NCBI GenBank assembly: GCA_026415215.1
Contig: JAOAHN010000122.1
Location: 11,954 to 75,953, forward strand
Reading direction: 5' to 3'
From: Candidatus Hydrogenedentota bacterium
Lineage (GTDB): Bacteria; Hydrogenedentota; Hydrogenedentia; Hydrogenedentales; Hydrogenedentaceae
DNA length: 64,000 nt
The translations under genes and the position numbers were made by a program. The number at the start of each line of letters is the position of its first letter. Position 1 is the first letter of the stretch. A model generated the notes under the pieces. It was not told the origin of the DNA. It searched no databases and saw only the letters and a program-made list of their open reading frames with translations. This document shows, one piece after another, positions 53,326-62,613 of the stretch.

Positions 53326-55113
53326 CTATCTTTTCTCCTTTAGGAGCTGTTCTCCGAATACTCTTATCTCATTCATCAGCCAGAATATTTTTTCAGGAAA
53401 GGCAGATTCTGGGCCCAGTGTATTTAGGTAGGTATTAATATGATGTTGAGTAAAGGGTATATCCTGGGGTAGAGAAATTAGCCACTGTCCAAGTATAGAA
53501 TCTTTTCCTACTATATCAATGATTTCACCAATTGTTCTCCTAATCCGAATACCCTTTCTAATTATTTTCCCGCCAAAATTCTCAATTAAAAACTCCAACA
53601 TTTCTTGTGCTCGATTTTGATAAGTGTGTTCTTTTAATGCTCGCATCCTCGCATTCTTGGCTATTTGTTTTCTCTCGTCCTCATGTTCAAGGTAATAATT
53701 AATTTTTTCTCTCAAGGATTTTAGGTCTGTATATGTTGGTATTTCTTCATGAATGTCAAACAATCTCTCTAATCCTTTACACGGGTCACATAGTTGAAAT
53801 CCACCGGCCGATGCAATTTCAAATACCCGTGGGTTTATAGCGTCTGCTTCCGGGTCGATTCCTTCATGGATTACACTCGAGTGAATGTTTAAGTTAATCT
53901 TAGAGCCCGCAACTATTTTCATATACTCTTCTGTGTCGAAGCCTTTTTCACCTTCTACAACATGGGGCAATAAATCTTGGTCATACCAATTAACTCCCCA
54001 TATCTTCAAATTGTAATCAGTCAATCCTTTGAGAATCTGAATTCTGTTGTAATATCCAGCGCCGGCAAAAGATAAGTCACATTTATATTTTTTTTCTTCC
54101 TCCGGAGTGAGTTTTATAGGCTTATGTAAGTCTGGATCACAGCCTGTAAGCACAGCTTTGTGATATTTACAGCCTATTGAGTCAAGTTTCTCGTCAAAAT
54201 CACCGGGTTGTATGTGGAAAAACACATCATAGAAAGGTGCTATGTCCCTCCAGTAACTCATATGTCTCCAATTTTCGACAAACCAAAAGGCAGTGATTAT
54301 ATTCTTTTCCCTCAATTTGCTCACTGTGATTATATTCAAAGGAGCTTGAGCAAGTGCTATACATATCTCGGGCTGGAATTCTATTATTTGAGCATAACAC
54401 CATTCTGAAAGAAATCGAGTAAGGAATTCTTCAAGATAATTGACGATCTTTCCACTTTTAATTTTTTCTTTGACAGAGTTGTAGAGAGACCATCCGCATT
54501 CGGGATCTATAAGAAACGCATTATGACCTAATTTTTTCAAGGCGAGCGTTAGATATTTTGCTATAGGCAGAGATCCCCCATACATAGGACCTATTACTGC
54601 AATGTTTAATCTGTTTTTCTGGAAAATGTAGGTAGATATATCTCTCAAAAATGAGTTGTAAAACTCAAGATTTAGTTTTAGTGCTATTGGATGAAGGAAA
54701 GGTTGGGGAATTTTGTTTATAAACTTGAGGAAAGTCTCGTCGTTTAGCAGTTCATTAGTATTTCTTGATATAGCAAGTAACAGATTATCTGGAAGCTCCA
54801 CAGTATTAATACATGTAGTTACTATCTCAGGATTTGTTTCTATTACTAATAGTTCAAATCCTCTTCTCAAAAGTTCTTTGATGTGGTAGCCTAATCCAAG
54901 CCCTCCTACTATAACTGGCCTTCTTATGTCCAACTCAGCTGAATCTATTATTCTTTTAGCTTCTTCAAACGGATCATACTGACTATGATAAAGAAGTCCA
55001 TTTACTCTTATCGTTTTTATACCTTCTTTTTTTTCTAAGATCTCTATTTTCGCTGGTGTAGGATTATCTTTTAACTCGAATCTCCATTCTTTGATTGTTT
55101 TTACGACGCCCAT
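53326..55113 (-). CDS. CgeB-like glycosyltransferase with MAF-like N-terminal domain
   Basis: LYHSQYDPFEEA...GLGLGYH N-domain; SFAG, KINLNIH, NPRVFEIA and HTYQNRA. Confidence 0.8.
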   Translation of the reverse strand: MGVVKTIKEWRFELKDNPTPAKIEILEKKEGIKTIRVNGLLYHSQYDPFEEAKRIIDSAELDIRRPVIVGGLGLGYHIKELLRRGFELLVIETNPEIVTTCINTVELPDNLLLAISRNTNELLNDETFLKFINKIPQPFLHPIALKLNLEFYNSFLRDISTYIFQKNRLNIAVIGPMYGGSLPIAKYLTLALKKLGHNAFLIDPECGWSLYNSVKEKIKSGKIVNYLEEFLTRFLSEWCYAQIIEFQPEICIALAQAPLNIITVSKLREKNIITAFWFVENWRHMSYWRDIAPFYDVFFHIQPGDFDEKLDSIGCKYHKAVLTGCDPDLHKPIKLTPEEEKKYKCDLSFAGAGYYNRIQILKGLTDYNLKIWGVNWYDQDLLPHVVEGEKGFDTEEYMKIVAGSKINLNIHSSVIHEGIDPEADAINPRVFEIASAGGFQLCDPCKGLERLFDIHEEIPTYTDLKSLREKINYYLEHEDERKQIAKNARMRALKEHTYQNRAQEMLEFLIENFGGKIIRKGIRIRRTIGEIIDIVGKDSILGQWLISLPQDIPFTQHHINTYLNTLGPESAFPEKIFWLMNEIRVFGEQLLKEKR

Positions 55114-58100
55114 TCATTTATCCTTTTCTAAAGTATCTAACTCTTTCTCAATTTCTTCTGTTTTTCCAAAAAGTTCGACAAACTCCTTTAAAAGATTTAT
55201 TGCTTCACTTTTATTGTTCTGCCTGACTAAATATCTTGAATACTCTATAATAAGCCTTACATTGGAAGGGTAGAACTTACTAAATCTATCTAAGGTTTCT
55301 TTAGCTATCTCATTTTTCCCTAATGACTCACACACAGACACAAACAAAGGAAGTATCTCTATGTATTCGTATGAATTTGAATAGACGGAATAGAAATACT
55401 CAAAGGACTTCTCTAAATTATTGACTTGTAAATAGGCTTGGGCTATGGCTAATTTTAATTTCAGATCTTTAGGAATTTGCTTTTCTGCCTCGTGTAGATG
55501 CTTTAAAGCTATAAAGCCCTGGCCCATTGCGACAAGTAGAATACCGTACTCAAGCAAAATTTTTGGATTTTCTTTGTTGCTTTTGAGAAGCTCAGTATAT
55601 ATTTCCTGGGCTCTTACTAAGTTTCCTGTGTGAGCGTAGAACTTTGCCTCGAGTGTTTTCTTTTTCCAATCTGGTATTTCCAACTTTACCTCACTGAGTT
55701 CTAATAGATACTCAAACTTTTTTTCGGTTATTAACATACTCACGAACTCGTCGAAAATTTTTTCTGCTGTTGGTATTTTTTGTGCTACTGCTACATATTG
55801 ATATGCCCTTATGTCTTCATAATCTCTTTCACTAACTCCTAAGATTGTTAATTTCCCTAACCTAATAGAGCCATCCGCATTTTTTGGAACATAACTCTCT
55901 GGTGTAATGTTGATAGGACTTACTAAGATGGGTAAGTAACCAGCTCTTTTAAGAAGACTTCTTATCCCTGTTTTGCTGAGCAGACTAATGTGAGTAATGT
56001 CTAATATTCCACTATCTTGGTATCTCCACTCACCATTAGAAAGCTCTGCAATAACACCCCAGTATCTAATGTTAGGGATACTGATAAGTACATATCCGTA
56101 ATTAGCAAGGTATTTGTGTATCTTTTTAAGGATATCAAATGGGCTGATAAGATGTTCTAAAACATCACAAAAACAGATGAGGTCAAAAAACCCATCCTCG
56201 AAAGGCAAATCTATTTCCTCAATGTTCCCGCATATTACTTTATCTAAGTTTTTTTCAGCAATCTTTGCTATGGACTCTTCTGTTTCAACTCCTGCAACAA
56301 AACTAACTTTGAGAATGTCTTTTAGAGCTTTTCCGAAAAGCCCAACTCCACAACCGATATCTAACACATTTTTCACACTTTGGGGGATATAAGGTAGGAG
56401 ATCCCACCTTTGAGAGGAATAGTAGACTATTGGTTTTCTCGAAAGTTTATTTACTCGAGGCCGATTAAGGTTAAAGTTTTCCTCAATTGTTTTTACTATC
56501 TGTTCGACTCTGTGATGATATGTATGATATTTTAATACTTTTTCCTTACCTTGCTGTGCTATTTTTTCCCTCTCGTCCTCATTTTCTAAGTAGTATTTTA
56601 TCTTATCCAATAACTCATCTTGGCTATGATATACCACAATTTCCTTGCCGTCTTCAAACAGTTCGTTTATGCTATCTGCAGGATCTGTAACAAGTAGAGC
56701 TCCAGATGCAAGGGCTTCAAAAACTCTCATATTTAGGTCATAGTTGATGGCTGAGTTTACTACAATTTTGCTTCGAGAGTATATTCTTGCCATTTCTCTA
56801 GGCCAACTTTTTCCTATGAAGTGATTGGGAAATTTATCTGCAACCTTTTTAAGAATTTTTATCCTTTTGTCTCCCTCTTCGTGAGATAAACTCCCTACAT
56901 AGGCTACATCAATGTCTCTTGGAAGTTTCTCCTTAGGGTATAGTTCAGGATAGCAAGCAAGGGGTAGCCAGTATACATATCTAATCCCCTCCAACTTGAA
57001 CAACTCCACATGGCTTTTTTGTGCTAAAAAAACTATGTCAAAGTGGCGAGCCATTTCAAGTCTCGTCTTAAAGTCTAAATGAGTGTCTATAAAATACGCT
57101 ATTTTGAGTATGTTCATTGCATCCAGTTCTGGGTCTATTGTTTTTAATCCTGAGTCCACATAGAGGTAGAACTCAAAATTATATCCGTTTGGAAGTTTTT
57201 CAAGTGTATGCTTTATCCTGTTTTCATCCAATGTAGTTGGTATTCTCGGCGGAGGATAGGGGGGATAAGGGGATAAGAATCCCCATCTCTCAAGTAGCTC
57301 TTCGGGGCATCTAAAGCCGATACTTACAACATCATGTTTTTCTTGTAAAGCATATTCTAAGTATCTTCCAGTTGTATAGGGAGAGGATACATAGTCTAAG
57401 AGGATGCGATATCTTTTAGGATAATTTGGAGGTTTGCTTATTTGAACAGAGTTAGTTTCTAAACCTGAATGGGTAAGTATAATCTTTTGCCATTTATCCA
57501 CAAATTCGCCAATAGGAAAGGTATTTTTTACCGTTTCTCTACCTCTTTCTCCAATCTCTCGAGCTACTTTTTCGTCTTCTAATAGCAATTCTAAATACTC
57601 TCTTAATTCTGCTGGATCAAATGAAGAAAATCCGTCAACCCCATTTGTTATAGGAGAGGTATAGTTTTTTAATGCTACCACAGGCATCCCACAAGCCATG
57701 GCTTCTAACATTGCTAAGTTATAACCATCCTCAAATTCTTGTCGTGTCACATGAAGGTAACACCTATTTTTCCGGTAGGCATTTAGGAGTTCCTCGAAGC
57801 TTGTAGAGACAGTGGAATTTGGAATTTGAGGATTTTCTCCAATGACTTGGTTTGGCAATCCCGCACATACTGCTTCTTGAAAAGGTACATCAAACATCCA
57901 GTTTCTCTCGTACATATAGTTGCCTACTCGCAATATCTTGGGAATCTCACCTGTGTATCCTCCATATTCATCTACATCTATTCCAGGAGGTACTACATAT
58001 CCTTGAAGATTATAGTCATCTTGTTTAGAATATGAGATAAATACTAAAGCAAAGGCTTTTGCAAGAACCTCAACATTTTTTTCGAAGAGTTCGACGATAT

Positions 58101-58437
58101 TTGGGTCAGATTTTGGAAGAATTGTTTTAAGGAAGGTTTTCCTATTATGACACACAAGCAATTTCGGGCAAGTGTATTCTTTTAGATCCCAAGCATTTAG
58201 CTCATTGTGGGCAATTAGTATATCGTAGTACCCATTTTTTAGTCTGTCACGCCATTCTTCTTCCGGAATCTCAATCAGGTTTTCAGGTTTAGGTCTAAAT
58301 TGGGTTTTCCATGTTCGTGAGAGTATACCTTCTTTATATAATCCCAGCTCCATCTCAAAACCTGTTTTTGCGAGAAGACACATGTAGGGCTCATGAAAGT
58401 TGAATGTGAGGATTCTAATCTTTTTGGGGTAACCCAT
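55114..58437 (-). CDS. Multidomain glycosyltransferase: GT4-like + CgeB-like GT + SAM methyltransferase + TPR
   Basis: LAMLEAMACGMPVV; LNMRVFEALASG...HTYHHRV; VLDIGCGVG...DVLEHL...SIPN; helical TPR-like C-terminus. Confidence 0.85.
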   Translation of the reverse strand: MGYPKKIRILTFNFHEPYMCLLAKTGFEMELGLYKEGILSRTWKTQFRPKPENLIEIPEEEWRDRLKNGYYDILIAHNELNAWDLKEYTCPKLLVCHNRKTFLKTILPKSDPNIVELFEKNVEVLAKAFALVFISYSKQDDYNLQGYVVPPGIDVDEYGGYTGEIPKILRVGNYMYERNWMFDVPFQEAVCAGLPNQVIGENPQIPNSTVSTSFEELLNAYRKNRCYLHVTRQEFEDGYNLAMLEAMACGMPVVALKNYTSPITNGVDGFSSFDPAELREYLELLLEDEKVAREIGERGRETVKNTFPIGEFVDKWQKIILTHSGLETNSVQISKPPNYPKRYRILLDYVSSPYTTGRYLEYALQEKHDVVSIGFRCPEELLERWGFLSPYPPYPPPRIPTTLDENRIKHTLEKLPNGYNFEFYLYVDSGLKTIDPELDAMNILKIAYFIDTHLDFKTRLEMARHFDIVFLAQKSHVELFKLEGIRYVYWLPLACYPELYPKEKLPRDIDVAYVGSLSHEEGDKRIKILKKVADKFPNHFIGKSWPREMARIYSRSKIVVNSAINYDLNMRVFEALASGALLVTDPADSINELFEDGKEIVVYHSQDELLDKIKYYLENEDEREKIAQQGKEKVLKYHTYHHRVEQIVKTIEENFNLNRPRVNKLSRKPIVYYSSQRWDLLPYIPQSVKNVLDIGCGVGLFGKALKDILKVSFVAGVETEESIAKIAEKNLDKVICGNIEEIDLPFEDGFFDLICFCDVLEHLISPFDILKKIHKYLANYGYVLISIPNIRYWGVIAELSNGEWRYQDSGILDITHISLLSKTGIRSLLKRAGYLPILVSPINITPESYVPKNADGSIRLGKLTILGVSERDYEDIRAYQYVAVAQKIPTAEKIFDEFVSMLITEKKFEYLLELSEVKLEIPDWKKKTLEAKFYAHTGNLVRAQEIYTELLKSNKENPKILLEYGILLVAMGQGFIALKHLHEAEKQIPKDLKLKLAIAQAYLQVNNLEKSFEYFYSVYSNSYEYIEILPLFVSVCESLGKNEIAKETLDRFSKFYPSNVRLIIEYSRYLVRQNNKSEAINLLKEFVELFGKTEEIEKELDTLEKDK

Positions 58438-58449
58438 TTTCGTAACTGG

Positions 58450-59088
58450 CTAATTGCTATCGATGACTTCGATATTTTCAACTAATTTTTTTAATAGATT
58501 AAGTATTTCTATTTCCTTTTCAGCTCTCGGAGCTAATTCGTATTGTAGTATATCCGAAAGAGATATTATATCTTCTCTGTCTAAGGCTTTATAAGCTTCG
58601 TTAAGGTACTGATTCAATTCATTGTGATGTTCTATTATATCGCTTATTATTGGATTTTCCCCCTCCACATACTTTGATATTGTGTTTACAATTAATGCTT
58701 CCCGATTTTTTATTTCACCCCAGATCTCTGTTAATTTTTGAAATGGACCGAGTGCGTCGGCTGGATTCTCGCTCTGAAATAGTTCCGCAATCCCATAACA
58801 TAGGTTACTTAATTCGGGGGTATATTTTTCTAATTCAACTATACTTTCGCGAAGTAATTGCAAGGTCGGTACTGCAGTTACCTCAATTATGTGTATATTA
58901 GAAATATCCATATTTTGAACGGCGCTCAAGGACTTTCCAGGTGGTACTTCTTGTTCATTTACTCTAAGCTTTATTAGACCAAGGTCTTTGCTGGATAAAT
59001 ATTCGAGAAGGGTTTCTAAAACATTCATAAGATTCCTTGCTCCTTCAGGAACTGGAAATTCTTCTTTCTCATTAATAATAACTCTCAT
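58450..59088 (-). CDS. Conserved hypothetical protein of the glycosylation operon
   Basis: Clean 212-aa ORF translationally coupled to csrA; helical C-terminus ending LSDILQYELAP. Confidence 0.7.
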   Translation of the reverse strand: MRVIINEKEEFPVPEGARNLMNVLETLLEYLSSKDLGLIKLRVNEQEVPPGKSLSAVQNMDISNIHIIEVTAVPTLQLLRESIVELEKYTPELSNLCYGIAELFQSENPADALGPFQKLTEIWGEIKNREALIVNTISKYVEGENPIISDIIEHHNELNQYLNEAYKALDREDIISLSDILQYELAPRAEKEIEILNLLKKLVENIEVIDSN

Positions 59089-59101
59089 TTTCGCGTATTC
59101 C

Positions 59102-59332
59102 CTATTTTCTATCGTTAATCTTTGGAATATATATATCTCCCCCTCCTGGGTTTTGAGATGCTTGTCTATTTTCCTCTTTGATTAGTAAGTATACTTCTAA
59201 TCTGTGAACTGGAACTGAGCGGGGGGCGTTAATTCCTATCTTTACTTGGTTTTCTTTAATTTCCAGTATTTTTACCTCGATATCATCCCCAATCATTATA
59301 CTCTCATTTTCTCTACGGGATAGCACTAACAT
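59102..59332 (-). CDS. csrA: Carbon storage / translational regulator CsrA
   Basis: [18 protein letters not shown]...[26 protein letters not shown] before ATG 59332. Confidence 0.96.
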   Translation of the reverse strand: MLVLSRRENESIMIGDDIEVKILEIKENQVKIGINAPRSVPVHRLEVYLLIKEENRQASQNPGGGDIYIPKINDRK

Positions 59333-59333
59333 A

Positions 59334-59789
59334 TTAGACCTCCTGTCTTTCATTAGAAGAGTTATTAGGGTGCGATAGGAACCATTGCACAGGATACTCC
59401 GTTTTGTCTAATATCATTTGCTTTGCTAAATTCTTCTTCTTATTTATCACAATGGGAGCCCTTAGATTTGTTCTTATTTGTTTAGGATCTTCGGGAACTA
59501 CTAAAAGGGTGTACACAGTAATGTCTTCAGTTTTATCTGCCTCCAATTCCGATAAATCTTGAGTAGTAAATGGCACATTATATGTTGGAATTATATAATA
59601 AGGATCCACCATTAGAAAGGCAAGTTTACCGTCCTCAACCGATTGCAACCAGAATATTGGACAATCGGATCCAGCAGGCAAAATTATGAATTTCTTATAG
59701 GCTTGAAATCCGAGGATAGGTTTTACAAAAACTATTATTTCGCTTTTCTTAACCTCAATGTCTCCAAATCTCGTGGTAGCTATTTTCAT
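59334..59789 (-). CDS. fliW: Flagellar assembly factor FliW
   Basis: [22 protein letters not shown] and AKQMIL; adjacent to csrA. Confidence 0.94.
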   Translation of the reverse strand: MKIATTRFGDIEVKKSEIIVFVKPILGFQAYKKFIILPAGSDCPIFWLQSVEDGKLAFLMVDPYYIIPTYNVPFTTQDLSELEADKTEDITVYTLLVVPEDPKQIRTNLRAPIVINKKKNLAKQMILDKTEYPVQWFLSHPNNSSNERQEV

Positions 59790-59937
59790 TATGGTATGCC
59801 TGCTTATGAAATTTTAAAGTTTAAGAGAAAATCATAATTTTCAGATAGCCAGTAAGTTATTTTTTATCATTGATAGATTATCAAAAATTTTAGGGAGGAT
59901 AACAAACTGGAAATGGCATAAGAAGGGAGCTTCAATG

Positions 59938-60021
59938 TGCCCGGGAGGAGACTTGAACTCCTACCCCATTGCTGGGACCAGATCCTTAGTCTGGCGCGTC
60001 TGCCACTTCCGCCACCCGGGC
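59938..60021 (-). tRNA. tRNA-Leu(AAG), long variable arm, CCA not encoded
   Basis: GCCCGGG acceptor stem, anticodon arm CCAGA-CTAAGGA-TCTGG, variable arm, GTTCAAGTC T loop and discriminator A followed by CAT. Confidence 0.93.
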
Positions 60022-60039
60022 TAATGAAGTCATTAATAA

Positions 60040-60068
60040 ATTTTATAACTTTTCTATATAAAAATCAA
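60040..60068 (-). promoter_or_regulatory. Putative sigma70 promoter of tRNA-Leu
   Basis: TTGATT-N17-TAAAAT on the minus strand, ending 18 nt before the tRNA. Confidence 0.55.
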
Positions 60069-60086
60069 CTCGATTAATCGAGATTT

Positions 60087-60341
60087 TTATAACATTGGCT
60101 CATGTCTACCTTTTCCAGGTCCATTTGGGTGGCGGAGACAAAAATTTGCAGACATTGAAGATATTGAGGAGAATTTTTTCCCACAATATTTACAAATATA
60201 TGTAGTTTTTTCTTCTCCCTCGTAAGGGAGATGTCTCCCTTTTCCGAAACCTAAAGGATGTCGAGGACACAGCGAAGATGTAAGTGAAACTACATCATTA
60301 GCCTGTCTTCCACAATATTTGCATACATATTTAGGTGACAT
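60087..60341 (-). CDS. Small protein with two tandem Cys/His metal-binding repeats
   Basis: Two copies of YxCKYCG-x13-C-x-RHP-x-G-x-GKGRH; AGGAG SD. Confidence 0.8.
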   Translation of the reverse strand: MSPKYVCKYCGRQANDVVSLTSSLCPRHPLGFGKGRHLPYEGEEKTTYICKYCGKKFSSISSMSANFCLRHPNGPGKGRHEPML

Positions 60342-60383
60342 TTTTGCACTCCTTATAATTAGAATTTTCCCAAACCTATAATT

Positions 60384-61118
60384 TTATATTTCTATCTTTG
60401 CTCCTAATTCTTTAGCAACGAGTATACTTGAGCGGAGTAGTGCGTCAAAACTTCCACAATCTGCCCACCACCCTTCTAAAAACTCGTAAGTCATAGTACC
60501 GCGTCTTATATATTCATTGTTTACATCAGTTATCTCCAATTCTCCTCTTGCACTCGGCTTCAATCTCTTGCATATTTCAAATACATCTGAGTCGTACATA
60601 TATATACCTATTACTGCATAGTTAGTGGGAGGATTCTTGGGCTTTTCAATTATCTCTTTTACTTTTCCCCCTTCTATGACTGCCACTCCAAACTCCTGAG
60701 GGTTCGAGACCTCTTTCAAAAATATTTTTGCTCCCTCCGACTGCTTTTCAAATTCTTCTAACGCTTTCTTTATACTACCCTGAATGAAATTATCTCCAAG
60801 TATTACGACTACCTTATCCTTTCCTACAAACGGTTCTGTAAGTGACAATGCATGGGCGATTCCCCCCTCTGTTTTTTGATATGTATAATGAAGCTGGTTA
60901 AGTCCAAAATCTTCTCCGTTTCCTAAGAGTCTAAGAAAATCTCCTGCATTATTACCTCCAGTTACAATCATTATGTCTTTTACACCTGCATCTACAAGGG
61001 TTTGTATTGGATAAAAAATCATGGGTTTGTTATATACAGGAAGGAGATGCTTATTTGTAACGCGAGTGAGGGGAAGTAACCTTGTTCCTAATCCTCCAGC
61101 TAATACTACACCTTTCAT
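60384..61118 (-). CDS. Glucose-1-phosphate thymidylyltransferase family (RmlA/SpsI-like, short form)
   Basis: VLAGGLGTRL, KHLLPVYNKPMI, LGDN, EKP and PSARGELEITD. Confidence 0.9.
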   Translation of the reverse strand: MKGVVLAGGLGTRLLPLTRVTNKHLLPVYNKPMIFYPIQTLVDAGVKDIMIVTGGNNAGDFLRLLGNGEDFGLNQLHYTYQKTEGGIAHALSLTEPFVGKDKVVVILGDNFIQGSIKKALEEFEKQSEGAKIFLKEVSNPQEFGVAVIEGGKVKEIIEKPKNPPTNYAVIGIYMYDSDVFEICKRLKPSARGELEITDVNNEYIRRGTMTYEFLEGWWADCGSFDALLRSSILVAKELGAKIEI

Positions 61119-61364
61119 TTTATTCTCCTTCTTATAGGTGTTCTAAGGTTGATTATACTTTTTTTACCTCCAAAAATTTAATCTTTGTAACTGATGAAAA
61201 TTTAAATTCTATGTTTAGAGTTGCAAATAAGGATTGTATTTAGATATTTTCATTCCTGCAAGTCTTAGATTAATAATGTTCATATACTACAATTATAGAT
61301 ACGAAACCTATGAATATTTCATTGTTGTTATCAATTTACCTTAATATAAAGGCATAAGGAGATT

Positions 61365-62600
61365 ATGTCTTCTTCAACAGTGAGAGAGTGGTTAAATCTT
61401 TTCTTGATACCAGGGATTGGGTCAAATGTAATTCTTAAATTAGTAGCTCGGTTCGGTTCTCCTAAAGAGGTGCTTACCGCATCTGAGTCAGAGCTGGCTA
61501 ATGTAGTTGGATATTCTTATGCTCGGATACTCTCTTATTATAGAGAAACGGTAGATTTAGATGGTGAACTCAAGAAGATTGATAAGCACGAGGTAAAAAT
61601 CATTACTTTAGATGATAGTGATTATCCTGTTTCCCTTGCGGAGCTTTACGACCCTCCGATGGTTTTGTATGTGAAAGGGGAACTAAAGCCGACTGACCTA
61701 TATTCTGTTTCTATAGTAGGGACCAGGAATTGTTCTCCGTATGGGGCAAAGGTAACTGAGTATTTTTCCCGGGGACTTGCAGAAGTTGGTATTACTATAG
61801 TTAGTGGGTTAGCCATAGGAGTGGATGGAATAGCTCATAAGTCTGCATTGAGTGCAGGGGGGAGAACGATTGCCTTTTTAGGCTCTGGGATTGATGTTAT
61901 TTATCCATCTAAACATGAGCAGTTGTTCAGTGAAATTAAAGATAACGGAGCAGTAATTTCTACTTTTCCTATGGGAACTCAGCCAGTAGGGAAAAATTTC
62001 CCTATTAGAAATAGGTTTATAAGCGGATTTAGTTTTGGCACAATTGTAACTGAAGCGACTTTGTCCAGTGGGGCACTTATCACTGCTAAGTATGCAGTAG
62101 AGCAGGGTAAGACTGTATTTGCGGTTCCAGGACCAATTGGATATCCAGGAAGTGAAGGCCCTCATTGGCTTATCAATCAGGGTGCAAAATTGGTTGAAAA
62201 AAGTTCAGATATAATTGAGGAAGTGCCGAATTACCTTAAAGATTACTTAATTTCTTGTAAAACTACTCCTCCGGGCCCAGACTTTGATAGACTATCTTCA
62301 CCCGCAAACTCAAATTTATCTGATAAATCACACTCCGCTGGTAGTAAGAAAGATATTTCTCGCCTTGAAACTCAGTCTGAGAATAATTCTTCTACCTCAA
62401 AGGGAAGTTTCTCTGGTATTCACAATATTTCCCCTCAAGAACAGAAAATACTATCTGTCCTATCTCCTAATGGTTCTTATGTAGACGAGGTCGCCTTGAG
62501 TTGTAATATCCCTGTTTCTGAAGCACTTTCTCTACTTACCATGATGGAAATGAAAGGATTAGTTACACAATTTTCCGGAAAGAGGTTTGCAAAAGCATAG
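61365..62600 (+). CDS. dprA: DNA-processing protein DprA
   Basis: IVGTR, SGLAIGVDGIAH, FPIRNR and SGALITA, then a Ser-rich linker and C-terminal winged helix. Confidence 0.95.
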   Translation: MSSSTVREWLNLFLIPGIGSNVILKLVARFGSPKEVLTASESELANVVGYSYARILSYYRETVDLDGELKKIDKHEVKIITLDDSDYPVSLAELYDPPMVLYVKGELKPTDLYSVSIVGTRNCSPYGAKVTEYFSRGLAEVGITIVSGLAIGVDGIAHKSALSAGGRTIAFLGSGIDVIYPSKHEQLFSEIKDNGAVISTFPMGTQPVGKNFPIRNRFISGFSFGTIVTEATLSSGALITAKYAVEQGKTVFAVPGPIGYPGSEGPHWLINQGAKLVEKSSDIIEEVPNYLKDYLISCKTTPPGPDFDRLSSPANSNLSDKSHSAGSKKDISRLETQSENNSSTSKGSFSGIHNISPQEQKILSVLSPNGSYVDEVALSCNIPVSEALSLLTMMEMKGLVTQFSGKRFAKA

Positions 62601-62613
62601 GTTTTTCAGATGC

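Noticed and set aside
57494..57502. Perfect DnaA box TTATCCACA
   Set aside because: It is a single copy inside a coding region, with no cluster or adjacent dnaA.
19095..60021. Genomic island bounded by tRNA-Val or tRNA-Leu
   Set aside because: I saw no integrase, no duplicated tRNA 3' end and no obvious compositional shift, and housekeeping genes lie between the tRNAs.
61119..61364. Riboswitch or sRNA in the divergent rmlA-dprA gap
   Set aside because: The DNA is AT-rich and promoter-like, with no recognisable aptamer or strong stem.
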